The notes under the pieces were generated by a model that was given only the letters and a program-made list of their open reading frames with translations, searched no databases and was not told where the DNA came from. Of a DNA stretch of 60,532 nt, positions 1 to 12,445 are shown piece after piece. The stretch is from assembly GCA_038087875.1 (NCBI GenBank), contig JAXLNO010003819.1, positions 372,001-432,532 on the forward strand. Reading direction: 5' to 3'. Within the stretch, counting starts at the first letter, position 1, and every line of letters begins with the position of its first letter. A program made the position numbers and the translations under genes. This stretch comes from Malacoraja senta. Taxonomy: Eukaryota.

Positions 1-72
1 ACTAGATAGAGAGAGAGATGAGAGAGAGACAGAGATACAGAGAGACAGAGAAAGACAGAGAGAGAGAGAGAA
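1..72. repeat. (AG)n-rich microsatellite
   Basis: Imperfect GA/AGAC dinucleotide run at the window start. Confidence 0.9.
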
Positions 73-824
73 ACAATTGAAATTTGGAATAAAAATGAAC
101 TGCAGATGATGGTTTATAACAAATATAGACACACAATGCTGGAGTAACTCAGCGGGACAGGCAGCTTCTCTGGAGAAAGTGGATAGATGCAGTTTCGGGC
201 CAGGACCTTCATACAGATTCAGTCTAAAGTTAGACCCGATATGTCACCAATCCATGTGAATTGTGCGCCATTCTATTTCCAATTCTGGGCCCAGATTTCT
301 ATGTATCCCGTTTTTCCCCCTTTCACTCCTTCTTGAACAGAGGGACAATCTTTGCGACCCGGAAGTCTTACGGCACCTTACCCATGTCTAACAATGACTC
401 CTCATTCAGTACTCGTGTGGTTTCTTTTGTAGCTTACCCACTGCGTACATGGATAAAACTGACTACGCGTGAGATGTATCTGCCTTCTATACGTTCACTG
501 CGTTCAGCACCTAAATGACTGAAAAATAGAAAGTCCGCAAAGACATCTTCGTTCACGAGTTCCCTATTCTCCATGTCTCTCCGCGCAATAAAGCAGAGGA
601 GAAATATTAATCGGTGTGAAATCGCCGAGAAACACCGAGCAGAAACCACGTCAGATCAACGTTCGGTGATTTCAGTGACGATATTCAGCAAAGTCAATTT
701 GCAGCGACGTGACAGCGTGGGGGATGATGAGGGAATTTCTGTTGATTGTGGCAAACCGCAATCTGTATCCTGCCTTTCCAAGCCTGTCTGTATCGCTCAA
801 AATCGGAGATCTACACAATGGTGA

Positions 825-863
825 GGTTTTTGTATAACGATTGAACTGGGCACAACCACTGTG
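825..863 (-). promoter_or_regulatory. Recombination signal sequence (23-RSS) of V1
   Basis: Minus strand CACAGTG + 23 bp + ACAAAAACC; both elements are exact consensus. Confidence 0.97.
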
Positions 864-3161
864 CTACTTAGAGCACAGAAGTAAACGGCGGAGTCGGATA
901 GTTGCAGCCCAGAGATAGTTAACTTGGTGAATTTAGCCCCTGTCAGGAGATCCGCCGAGAACCTCGTTTTAGCAAAATCAGCGTTGTCCTCACCACCGTT
1001 TGAGTATTTCGCTAGGATAAACTGAAGCGGTTTGTCCGGCTTTTGCCGGTACCAGGACAATACATAAGAGTTCAATGCAGTATCATACGTGCAGCTTAGA
1101 GTGATCAGTTCCCCTTCTGTCTTCAAGCTCGCTGGCGGGCTTTGTGTGACAGAATCTCCATCACCTCGTTCTGCAAAACAAGAAATATACTGAAAACCAG
1201 ATAATATTGAACACATGGGGGCCGCGGAGGCAAAGAGCCATGCCGCTGAGGTCCTCTGGGGGGCGCTCGGCCGCAGGAGGCTCCCTGATCGCTGGACGCT
1301 GACCGGTTTCCTCAAGGTTTCAGTGGATTGGGGCATAGAAACATAGAAACATAGAAAGTAGGTGCGAGAGTAGACCACCAGGCCCATCGAGCCCGCACCG
1401 CCATTCGCTCATGGCTGAACACTAAACAGACACCCTTACCCACAAACAGTAGACACAAGACACAGAACACAAGACACTACCCTCCCCTTTATACCGCTAT
1501 CACCCCTCTCCACCCCAAGAACCGCGTGATCTCCTGGGGGAGGCAAAAAAACCGGATAAAAACCCAGGTCCAATTCGGGAAAAAAATCCGGGGCACTGTA
1601 GGTCCCGCATGAAGCTGGGGCTCAATTGCGTCAGGCGATGAAACAAAGACTGCACAGTGGCGCAGCGGTAGAGCTGTTACCGACTGCGCCGCAGATCCAG
1701 CTTCGATCTGGATAACGGGCGCCGCCTGCGTGGTGTTTGCACCCCCTGTGACCGCGTGGGGTTTCTCCTGGTGCTCCGGTTTCCTCGCCCATCCCATAGG
1801 CGTGCGGGTTTGGAGGTTGCTTGGCTTCTCCAAGTTGTGCCTAGCCTGTAGAATGGAACTAGTATGGGCGGTCGCTGGTCGGCGCGGACTAGGTGGGCCT
1901 AAGTGCCTATATCCACGTTGTATATCTAATCTAAATTAATCTAAACTGAACAAAAATCGTCATGCGCGCTGAGAGGACGCGGCCTGCAGCGAAAGAGCAA
2001 CAGTCGGGCAGATCCACATAATCGTCTGGCCAGGCCGAATCCTGAAACACAAAGCCAGTGTCGCCGCCACGCCAACTGGCCTTTATGCTAAAAGTCTTAA
2101 GGAATAACACTTATAACGACTGTGAACATGGAGGATGCAAGATGTCGCCGGAAACGTGGCAAGTCTTGTGTACTGCCTCAGAGTAATCTGCTATTCTTAC
2201 ATGTTCATAATAGCTCATAAGTTCTAGGAGCAGAATTAGGCCATGCGACCCATCAGGTCTACTCCTTCATTCAATCACGGCTGATCTATCCTTCCCACCT
2301 AAATCCATTCTTCTGCCTTCTCCCCGTAATCTCTGACAACCGTACTAATCTAGAATTTGTCGATCTCCGCCTTAAAAATGTCATTTGACTTGTCCCCCAT
2401 AGACGCATGTGGTAATGAATTCCACACATTCACCACCATCTAATGAAATAAATTCCTTCTCATCTCCTTTTCAAAGGTACCGCCTTTTATTCTAAGGCTA
2501 TGATCTCTGATTCTCGACTCGCCCACTCGTGGAAACATCTTCTGCACATTCACTCTATCCAGACCTTTCAGTATTCCGTCAGTTTCAAAGTGGCCCCCCC
2601 TCATCCTAAACTCCAGCGAGTACAAGACCAGTGCCTTCAAACGCTCATCACATGTTAACCCAATTATTCGTGGGAAGAGTTGTTTAAGAAAGAACTGCAG
2701 ATGCTGTAAAAATCGAAGGTAGACAAAAATGTTGGAGGAACACCACGAATTATTCGTGGGATAATTCTGGTAAACCGCCTCTGGATCCTCCCCAACGCCA
2801 GCACATCCTTCCTCAGATATAGGGCCCAAAACTGCCCATTCGTATATAAGGATTATTGTTCAGATGTCGACTGAATTGTGTGATTGTTCAGATGTCGACT
2901 GAATTTGATTATACGGCTGCTGGCATATTTAGTTCACTGCACTTATATGTGTATGTGATGAATAAAACTGATTGATTGATTGATTGATTGGTTCATTGAA
3001 ATAATTTCATGGTACCCGAATAGGTGTGATAATAAAATACCATTGAATCATTGAGCTTCAAAGTGATCCAACAGACAGAGAGATTAAATTATGTTTGATT
3101 CACACTTACCTGGCAGAAGCGCTGTCAAAAAGCAGAAATACAAGAATCGCATTGCATCCAT
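864..3161 (-). CDS. T-cell receptor alpha/delta variable segment V1 (leader + V exon), apparently functional, delta-like
   Basis: Leader exon 3161-3110 (MDAMRFLYFCFLTALLP, phase-1 donor G|GTAAGT). V exon 1170-864 follows the acceptor ttgttttgcag: ERGDGDSVTQSPPASLKTEGELITLSC...WYRQKP...DSAVYFCALS with Cys23/Trp41/Cys104. Followed by a perfect 23-RSS. Intron about 1.94 kb, full of repeats. Confidence 0.93.
1652..1950 (+). mobile_element. tRNA-derived SINE (elasmobranch HE1-like)
   Basis: Head gcacagtggcgcagcggtagagc with A/B-box-like motifs and a (ctaaa)n-like tail. Related copies near 6975-7250, 39830-40130, 41400-41590, 41945-42240 and 57440-57750. Confidence 0.7.
2208..2840 (-). mobile_element. 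CR1-type LINE 3' fragment with a nested short repeat
   Basis: ORF 2440-2829 carries the CR1 ORF2 C-terminal motif (LYSLEFRMRGG...RGHSLRIKG...EMRRNLF). Confidence 0.8.
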
Positions 3162-4031
3162 TCGGACTGTAGATTGTGAATATAGCAAACAGGGTTACGA
3201 AGAAGCAACTACGAAGAGAGATGAAAGGGTGGATCTCAGCATTTGAAGGTATATCTGGCGCCCTCCCACAGGAATTTGCGCGCGATCATCATGACCCTCT
3301 CTGCGTCACTACCTGTTGTCTCTGTTGGTGCAGTGGGATCGATGGGCGGGAGTTGAACAGTTACACTTACAGCTGAGCATCAGTTCGTTTTATTACCGGA
3401 CGCACTTTCGATTGAGGATTCAACTGGGGTAGCTGATGCCTTTGTCTGGATTTTGCAACGGTGGGAATTAATGGGAATAGATAATCCTCATCATTCAGAA
3501 AAGTCCTGAGTGATCGTAAACATAATTCACCAAATTACTCTACACTCTCTTAGGACATACATCAGATAGAACATCATATATTAGGTACGCCAGACACGAT
3601 GAGATTCGTCGTGAATTCAAACAGCTAAATTCAAGCATCTGGGTTATGTCTGCAATATTCTTTTCTTGAACATCAAGGCTCGCGTTACCGTTAGATGAAT
3701 TATCTTTATCATGAAGCGGGAAAAGCCATCCTTGCCGGTGTCATCGATGATCCTTGTTATTAAGACAAGGCTATCTTCCTTTGGCCATCGGTTTTGGGAC
3801 AAGTATCTATTTCACTTGGCAGAGAAAGGAAGATGAAAATGAATAGTGAACGCAGAATAGTACAGGAACTGTCCCCATATTTGTTTTGAATGCGATTCGA
3901 AGATTCGAAGAACATTATCCGCCTACACATGATCTATATCCCTATTTGCATATCCAAGTGCCTAAATAATAATAATAATACATTTTATTTATATAGCGCT
4001 TTTCAGGACTCAAAGTCGCTTAAATGACAGT

Positions 4032-4114
4032 TACCAGCAGTGGGTTTCGAACCCACGTGAACACTCGTTCATTGGATCTTAAGTCCAACCCCTTAACCAC
4101 TCGGCCATGCTTGT
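4032..4114 (-). tRNA. tRNA-Leu(TAA), possibly a variant or pseudogene
   Basis: 83 nt. D arm TGGCCGAGTGGTTAAGG, anticodon arm TTGGA-CTTAAGA-TCCAA, long variable arm, T arm GTGGGTTCGAAACCCAC. Acceptor stem ACAAGCA/TGCTGGT has one A-G mismatch. Confidence 0.85.
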
Positions 4115-5545
4115 TTTAGAAAGTAAAAGCATTTCTGTGCATAAACGTTGATTTTTAATCCGTTATTATTCGCAATTGGCCTGTGCGGGACGCAATGTTA
4201 TACAAGTAAGGCCCGTTTTATTTTTCAGACGAGTACACTACTGCCATCTGCTGGAATACGCCAGTTTTATCACCCGGCGTCCATATATTCTGTTCTGTGC
4301 AGTTTTACAAGCAATCGTCCTTGATATCGATCAAAACATTCGGCTATCCGAACACAGAAAAAGCATAACGGAGATGGGAATTATTTTATTGTGCGAATAA
4401 TTTCACTTGACTTGACATCATGTGTGGCGCCGTCATTGTGTGTATGTTGGGGGGCGGGGGGTCTGTTCCCGATTATACTGTTAAATGTTCTGTGTTTCAA
4501 ATGTTCATTATTAATCTTATGGAAGTGTATAAAGTCATGGGAGGAGGTACACAATCTCTTGCCCAGAGTAGGTGAATCGAGGAGCAGAGTACGTAAGTTT
4601 AAGAAGGGGAAAGGATTCAATAGGAATCTGAGGAACCTTTTCACACTAAGTGTGTGTGTGGGGGGGGGTATGCTACAAGCTGCCATAGGAGGTAGTGGAG
4701 GCAGGGACTATCCCAATGCTTAAGGAACAGTTGCACAGGTACATGGCTTGGAGGGATATGGGCCAAACACGGGGAGGTGGGACTAATGTTGTGACATGTT
4801 AGCCGATGTGGGTAAGTTGGGCCGAATGGCCTGTGTCCACGCTGTATCGCTATATGTCCATGACCCTCTATCATAAATGTGAGATTTATAGTCTTTAACC
4901 TCGAATTAAAGCAGTGAGTAGAAAGTTGACAATGCCGGTAACACCGTCAACACGTCGGTGTAACGGAAACTCAATAGTTAAATGAGCGCAAATGGGCGGA
5001 ACAGCAGGTGTGTTTACAGGTGGCGTTTTCGAATAGAATGGCTGACAATGAGAGTCCATTCAGTCAGGAAATGACGAATTATATCCTGTCTCATTGCTGA
5101 TTGGCTCACCGCAGAATGAACAAGAAGGAATCAATCAGAATCGAGCCACTTTGTTTTCCGATTCGTCTTATCAGTTCCAAGATAATTTCTTCTTCGATTG
5201 GCCCAATCAAGTCCCTCGTCCTTTGCTTTACCCGAATATCTGATTCGTGACGTTCTAATGTGGGCGCAGCTCATCGTGAACAGTTCTTCCAAAAAACAAC
5301 AGGACGGAGATGAAACCCATGGTATAGCTTCTGATAAATTTAGTATCTAAGATGAAACCGGGGGATAATTAACATGGAAAGGCAAAAAATATAAATACTG
5401 TAAAACCTAAGTCAAATCAGAAATTGATGCTAAAACAAAGAATGCAGGGTCACAATGAAGAGTTGTATCGAGTTCAGGCTGCGGATTGATTGAATTCATC
5501 CATTGAAAGATACAGCATGGTACACACAGAATTCAACGAAAGCAT

Positions 5546-6975
5546 TTGTGTAAACCTAAAGAAGCTGGGGGTTTATCACTACCTAACTTTACGTATTACT
5601 ACTGGGCAGTGCATATTAAGAACATAATGTACTGGTTGGATAGTTCAACTCACCAGTCGGAGTGGATAAGAATGGAAAAAGAGGAGTGTTTCCCGTACGA
5701 TATGGGAACGATCTTGTTCTCACCAATAAAACTGAATAGTATAATATATAAGAAGAACCCAATTATTCACAAAACATATAAACAATGGGATAGATTGGGG
5801 ATTGGGAAAGTAGGAGATATGTATGAACTGGGCAAATTGTTATCATTTCAACAATTAAAATTCAAATTTAAACTGAATGATAATCAATATTTTAAATATA
5901 TACAGATATGTGACTTTATGAAGAAATATATACATAGATCTCAAACTATATTTTTAGACCCTTTAGAAGAAGCAATGAATATTAAGGCTTTCAGAAAAAC
6001 TAATATCATATTTTTATAATAGTATATTAAATAGAGAATTACCCTCAACAGAGGCACTAAGAGAAGATTGGGAACATGAACTAATGATACAGATCCCGAA
6101 AGATAGATGGGAAAAGTATCTGATGAATACACATAATTGTTCCATTAATGCAAGACATAATTTAATTCAATTTAAATTATTACATAAACTATATTATTCA
6201 AAAACGAGGTTGAATAAATGTTACCCAAATGTCTGTCCCAGATGCGATAAATGTTTGTTTCAAAATGCCAATATAACACATTCATTTGTAGTATGTACAA
6301 AGTTTAATACATTTTGGAGCGATATATTTGATATATTTACAAAGCTCTTCAAGTCAAGAATAGAACCTAATATGGAATGGATTATATTTGGAATAATATT
6401 AGAAGATATCAATTTAAACAAAGACCAAAAAGTATTCTTTAATTATGGGTTAATAATTGGAAAGAAATTGATACTTAAATTTTGGAAAAATACAGCTATG
6501 CCAACATATTAAAATGTGGATTAGGAATATGACGGACATAGCACACCTTGAAGAAATGAGACTCCGCTTAATAGATAAATATGACCAATTCTTAAGGATT
6601 TTGGAATCATGTGATGCAGCAGTACCGTAAAGATTACTGATTTCAGGTCAGGTCGTGGATAGATTTACATCTCCAAACAAACATTTGAAAATTTCTTTTT
6701 TAAGGGTCTTTTTCTACTATTTCTACTTTCTATTTTTTCTTTTCTTATATACACACTTCACGTTTTTCTATTTTCTTCTATTTATTTTTCCTCTTTCTTT
6801 TCTCTATTTTTTTTTCTTTCTTTATTTTTTTTTTTACCTCCTTTTCAAAAACATAAAACCAGAGGTTGTACATAGAATGCATTACGTTATGACATAGTTG
6901 GCACCTAAAATTAGGTGCCACTGTATTGTTTTGTATTGTATTAACTTCTAATAAAATAAAAATAAAAATAAATGA
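5546..6975 (+). mobile_element. L1-clade LINE, 5'-truncated (ORF2 C-terminus, 3' UTR and A-rich tail)
   Basis: Split ORFs 5546-6019 (KPKEAGGLSLPNF..YYWA) and 6084-6512 (IQFKLLH...CPRC...HSFVVC...FW), followed by a T-rich UTR and an (aataaa)n tail. Confidence 0.85.
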
Positions 6976-7253
6976 AAGATACAGCATGGTAACAGGCCCT
7001 TCGGCTCACCGAGTCCACGCTGACCCTGGATCTCCCGTTCATACTAGCTCTATGTTATCCCACTTTCGAATCCACTTTGTACATAGTCGGGGCAATTTAC
7101 AATAGCCAATTCATCCACAAACCTGCAGTGTGCGAGGTCACCGGAGCAGCCGCAGGAAACCCATGCGGTCAGTGGGAGAACGTGCAAACTGCTCATAGAC
7201 AGCACCCGAGATCAGATTCTAACCTGGGACTCGGTGGGCCGAAGTGTCCACGA

Positions 7254-7415
7254 NNNNNNNNNNNNNNNNNNNNNNNNNNNNNNNNNNNNNNNNNNNNNNN
7301 NNNNNNNNNNNNNNNNNNNNNNNNNNNNNNNNNNNNNNNNNNNNNNNNNNNNNNNNNNNNNNNNNNNNNNNNNNNNNNNNNNNNNNNNNNNNNNNNNNNN
7401 NNNNNNNNNNNNNNN
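7254..7415. other. Assembly gap (162 N)
   Basis: Run of N. Confidence 1.
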
Positions 7416-7518
7416 CATTAAAAAACAATTGATCCAGAATTCTCAGAATTTGTTCAAGTTGCATCCTATCGCAATATAGATGTGCAAACCAATTCAGTGA
7501 AATGGGGGCGGAGCTCTT

Positions 7519-7557
7519 GGTATTTGTAAGGGTGAACAAAGCACCAGACACACCGTG
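7519..7557 (-). promoter_or_regulatory. 23-RSS of V2
   Basis: CACGGTG + 23 bp + ACAAATACC. Confidence 0.93.
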
Positions 7558-8014
7558 GGACTCAGAGCACAGTGATACACCGCGGCGTCGGAGTAAACCA
7601 CTCCGGAGATTGCCAAAGGAATGGTTTTCCTATCCAGGTCCAAATCAGCAGAGAACCTGGGCGGGAAATCTGGAGACCGATCTTGCCCGTCCCCGCTGAA
7701 TCTTTTCAATAAATATCGAAGAGCTTCCCCCGGTCGTTGGATGTACCAGAAGAGCTTGAAACCTGATGTGTAGGTTGAGGAGTAATTGCAGCTGAGCGTT
7801 ATTGTTTGCCCTTCCTGCGTTGTTAATACAGATGGATGCTGTGACACGGAATCTTCGCCAGCGGCCCCTGTAATGAAACGCAGAGTATTCGAAATGAAGT
7901 GAAATGAGCATAACGGACTTCTATTTCATTGTACGTTGACTATTCAAACAGAGACTCACCAGGAAGCGCAATCATTATCAGCAGAAAGGAACAAGAGGAA
8001 CAAGAGGAACACAT
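7558..8014 (-). CDS. T-cell receptor alpha/delta variable segment V2 (leader + V exon), apparently functional
   Basis: Leader 8014-7960 (MCSSCSSCSFLLIMIALP, G|GTGAGT), 92-bp intron, V exon 7867-7558: GAAGEDSVSQHPSVLTTQEGQTITLSC...WYIQRPG...DAAVYHCALSP. Confidence 0.92.
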
Positions 8015-10109
8015 GATGTCTGCTTTAAAGTTAGACTCGTAGGTTACTTCTTGGAAATGTTACCCTTCCTTTCTTGCATTGCAGAATGAACTCAAAACCG
8101 AGGGAGAAGAAGGGCAGGGATTGTTTGCGCAGGGATTGGCTGGGCATTAACCACCGTCATACGGGGACCAATGAGAATGAATATTGTGAAATGATTGGAT
8201 GGCTGAATCCAACGTCAGTTCATTTCACGTCTCACTGAATATATTTCAGAAAATAACTAACGAATGAGCAAGGAGCGCCTAGGCCGCCAAGGATTACGTA
8301 AGCGCATACTATTTCGTTTGCAGGTGCGTGTGGTAATCATAACGAAAAATACTTTTACACTGGAAGCGCAATTATCGAACATGGCATTTTGTCTGTACGT
8401 GAAGGTGGTCTTTTTTTTATTCTGAGCGGGCAGGCAGAATTTTCATTCCCTTGAGACTAATTGCTCGGATGAAAGGTTGTTCCAAGGAAGAATGTTCCGT
8501 AGATTTGTTTTATAAGCCGCGCAGCAGGAACGCGTACCTTAGTCAGGCAGGCAAAACACATGAAAGAGTTTAAACAGTGGAATCGGGCAGTGTGTTCCTC
8601 TATTACGAAACACTTGAAAAGGTGGGTCTTTCGCAGATGTAAAGGAACATGTCACGAGTTTGGGTATGATGTGACTCAGTAATTCCATGCGCAGAAAACG
8701 GCAAGAAAATTGTTGCAAATTCTGCTCAATGGAGTTCAGAGTTTTCAGAGCGAGGGGGGGGGGTTGAATTTTACCTGAACACCGGGGGGCGCGACGGCGT
8801 AGAAGTAAGGCGTGCCTTAATGATCGACGCACCGAACTCGAGCGACTTACCAGGCCACTTCCGCTCCTTATCCAAGAGCACTTCCGTTCTTTGAGGGGTT
8901 CCTGGATAAAAGCGCCCTCTATTGACTTCTCACTGTAACTCCCAGCGTGGATTTTGCGTCTGGGATGCAAGTCAAGTTGAGTTTATTGTTAAACGCAAAA
9001 TTACCACAAGGTACAGTTACAACGAAATTCTTGCTTGAAAGCAGCGGCACAGCCACGTAGACGCTGACAACACATCAAGCTTAAATTATACATACATTTT
9101 ACACAAATGATATACAAGACCGTGAAATTGAAATGATCGTGAAAAACAAGACAGCAGTGCAAAACATAATTCGAAAAATAGTTATGGGACAGGCGATCGG
9201 CGTGTTTCATGCCTGGATAGGATTAGGGTTGAGGGGGTCGGTGGAATGACCTGAGCGTTGCAGTAATGAATCTGTCTCTCAGCGTAGTGGGGTTGGGACT
9301 TTTAGCGTCCGTATATCCAACCCGTCGGTGTCGAATGGGTCTCTTATTGCACTGAAATGTTGCGGGGTCAATAGCACTGAAATATTCTGTGGATTCGGCG
9401 TTTGCGCTTTGAGATCTCCAATCTTAGGTACCCCCACCCCATTCCCTGTGTCCCAACCTGGTACGTATGAATTTCACGCAATATGCCGCCCTCTTTCCCC
9501 CTTCCCCTCATCCCCTCCTACCTATATCTCCTCCTCTGGTTTCGCATTTAACTCATCTTCTCTTCTCATCTTACACCCTACCGTTTCCTTTTTATCTCCA
9601 GTTTGTGCCCACCCGTCTGCCAATCAAATTCCTTCTCATCTGCATCCACCTATAACTTGCCGGGATTTGCTCGCCCACTCTCTTCTCTACCTTCCCCTCC
9701 ACTATAATCAGTCGGTACAAGTGTTCCGCCCTGAAATGTGCCCTCACCATGTGATGTTGCCTGACGTGCTGAATAACCCCAGCACTTCTTGTTTTTCTCG
9801 AGATTCCAGCATCTGCAGTTCCTTACTTGCGTAATTGACAAACTGTGGTAGACAACTATTACATGGCCTCTTAAATCCCTTCAGAAATCAATAAATTATG
9901 CCCGCCTGGACGATTCCTTGAAACGAAAAATAAGAGAATGTACCCATAAATAACAATTTCGTATGGCATAAGAGAATTGATTTCCCATATGGAGTTAAAA
10001 TTCTATCAGCACGGACAACCATTAATTTGACTTCGCTGGTATGCAGTGCCAATGCTTCCCAATATGTTCGTTCATCCCAATAACTGTTGGAATATAACAG
10101 AAACGTAAA

Positions 10110-11756
10110 TTATGTCTGTGACCGGAACAATTTACCGATTAAATTAAAAGTGGATTTTGGAGCACACTCAATTGCTCTCCGAACTTAGTCTGAATCCCCA
10201 CATAGAAACACGTGTCAGTGCAGGTGCTTAGAATCTCCAGCATCTATCCGCTTCTTTAGAAACATAGAAACATAGAAATAGAAGCTAGGTAAAAACTTTT
10301 GTAAGAACTTACAACATTCTTATGGGGTTGGACCGGCTAGATGCAGGAAGATTGTTCCCGATGTTGGGGAAGTCCAGGACAGGGGTCACACCTTAAGGAT
10401 AAGTGGGAAATCCTTTAAGACCGAGATGAGAAAAAAAATCACACAGAGAGTGGTGAATCTCTGGAACTCTCTGCCACAGAGGGTAGTTGAGGCCAGTTCA
10501 TTGGCTATATTTAAGAGGGAGTTAGATGTGGCCCTTGTGGCTAAAGGGATCAGGGTGTATGGAGAGAAGGCAGGTACGTGATACTGAGTTGGATGATCAG
10601 CCATGATCAAATTGAATGGCGGTGCAGGCTCGAAGGGCCGAATGGCCTACTCCTGCACCTATTTTCTATGTATCTATGTATCTAGGTGCAGGAGGAGGCC
10701 ATTGGACCTTTCAAGCCAGCACCGCCATTCATTGTGATCATGGCTGATCGTCCCCTATCAATAACCCGTGCCTGCCTTCTCCCCATATCCCCATAGAGAG
10801 CCCTATCTAACTCTCTCTTAAATCCATCCACTGACTTCGCCTCCACTGCCCCCTGTGGCAGGGAATTCCATACATTCACAACTCTCTGGGTGAAAAAGTA
10901 TTTTTTTCTCACCTCAGTCTTAAATGACCTCCCCTTTATTCTAAGACTGTGGCTCCTGGTTCTGGACTCGCCCAACATTGGGAACATGTTTCCTGCATCT
11001 AGCTTGTTCAGTCCTTTTATAATTTTATATGTTTCTATAAGATCCCCCCTTCTATAAGGTCCCCCCTTTGGAGGATAAATCTTGGGTCGTTGGCATTGGT
11101 GCCGTTCGGATAAATATTGTGGGTAATTGCACGAAAATAAAATTTACAACGAACGTCAACCGTCGCAGGATGAAACTTCCTGAGATCGTCATGAGTAAAA
11201 TAACGGATTTTCTCCAGTTTTCTATCTCGATGTCGTTCTGTTTAGGATCAGCAGCATCACGAAAAAGGGAGCGCATGGGTTCAACATCCAGTGTAACCAT
11301 TGATATACACTCTCCGTGCAATTAAAGTGTAATTGGCTTCTTTAAAGCCGCAGAACCAAGGCATGCTATCAATGAGCTACATGGGCTCGTATTCAAAGTA
11401 GCAGGGAATATTGTTCAAACAGCATACTTTTCCTATAACGATGGGTGGCGTCTTCTGTGTGCAATATCTACTATTCAGCTTCTGGCAGCAAATGGCAATG
11501 AACCGATCAAAGGTGATTTCAACTGTTAACCATGCATAAGTATCATTGGAAAGCCAGCTTAAGGTTATAAACGAGAATGCAGGATGGAGTGGTAGACAAG
11601 ACACTATGGGAAATAAATCGTCCGAAGCCGCAGTGTTATCACAGCAGTGTTAATGACCAAAACAATCCGTCACCGACACTAAGACCAGATACAACGTGAC
11701 ACCTTTCGCAAGAGAGCGCCTTCCTTTAGAGAGAATCGCAATTGTCACCAGGTTAG
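10110..11756 (-). pseudogene. GPR139/GPR142-like class A GPCR pseudogene (GPCR1), exon 2 split by nested CR1 insertions
   Basis: Acceptor cctgcag at 11758-11757, then NLVTIAILSKG. Fragments WLTVEITFDRFIAICCQKL and RKSVILLMTISGSFILRR. The TM7 remnant (ESG*MLEILSTCTDTCFYVGIQTKFGEQL) lies at about 10150-10257, beyond the insertion. Stops and frameshifts present; exon 1 not identified. Confidence 0.88.
10258..11066. mobile_element. Two nested CR1 LINE 3' ends (a plus copy inserted in the tail of a minus copy)
   Basis: (catagaaa)n tail at 10258, plus-strand CR1 3' end at about 10285-10680, minus-strand CR1 at 10682-11066 (FPMLGESRTRSHSLRIKG). Confidence 0.85.
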
Positions 11757-11989
11757 CTGCAGGAGAGAGGAGAGAATTGGTCGTTAGTGCACTGTCCACC
11801 GCCGACAATACCAAAGCATCGAGAGCCTGGAATGAAATGTATACATTTAATTATTGAGGGAAACGGAGGCCGACGAAGGGTTCTAAATTGATATACAATA
11901 TATCTTGTCCATTCCCTCCACAGATGCTGCCCGACCCGTTGAGTTGTTCGAGGCTGACTGCTCGTTTATTTTTATGCTTAGAGGTAAAA

Positions 11990-12445
11990 GAAACAGAGAA
12001 ATATAGAAAATAGGTGCAGGATTAGGCCATTCGGCCCTTCAAGCCAGTACCGCTATTCAATATGATCATGGCTGATCATCGAAAATCAGTACCCCGTTTC
12101 TGCTTTCCCCCCCATATTCCTTGATTCCGTTAGCCCTAAGCGCTAAATCTCTCTCGTGAAAACACCAAGTGAATTGGCCTCCACTGCCTTCTGTGGCAGA
12201 GAATTCCACAGATTCACAACTCTCTGGGTGAAAATATTTTTCCTCATCTCTGTCCTAGATGGCCTATCCCTTATTCTTAAACTGGGACGCCTAGTCGTGG
12301 ACTCCTCGAACATGGGAAATATTTTTCACGTATCTAGGATGTCCAATCTCGGAGTAATTATATATGTTTCTATAAGATCCCTTCTCATCCTTCTAAATTC
12401 CAGTGAATACAAGCCCAGTCGACCCATTCTTTCCTCATATGTCAG
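11990..12445 (-). mobile_element. CR1 LINE 3' fragment
   Basis: Tail agaaatatagaaaataggtgcagg followed by the typical CR1 3' sequence. Confidence 0.8.

Noticed and set aside
8539-8970. 143-aa minus-strand ORF upstream of V2
   Set aside because: No recognisable domain, and its start lies in repeat-like sequence; treated as a chance ORF.
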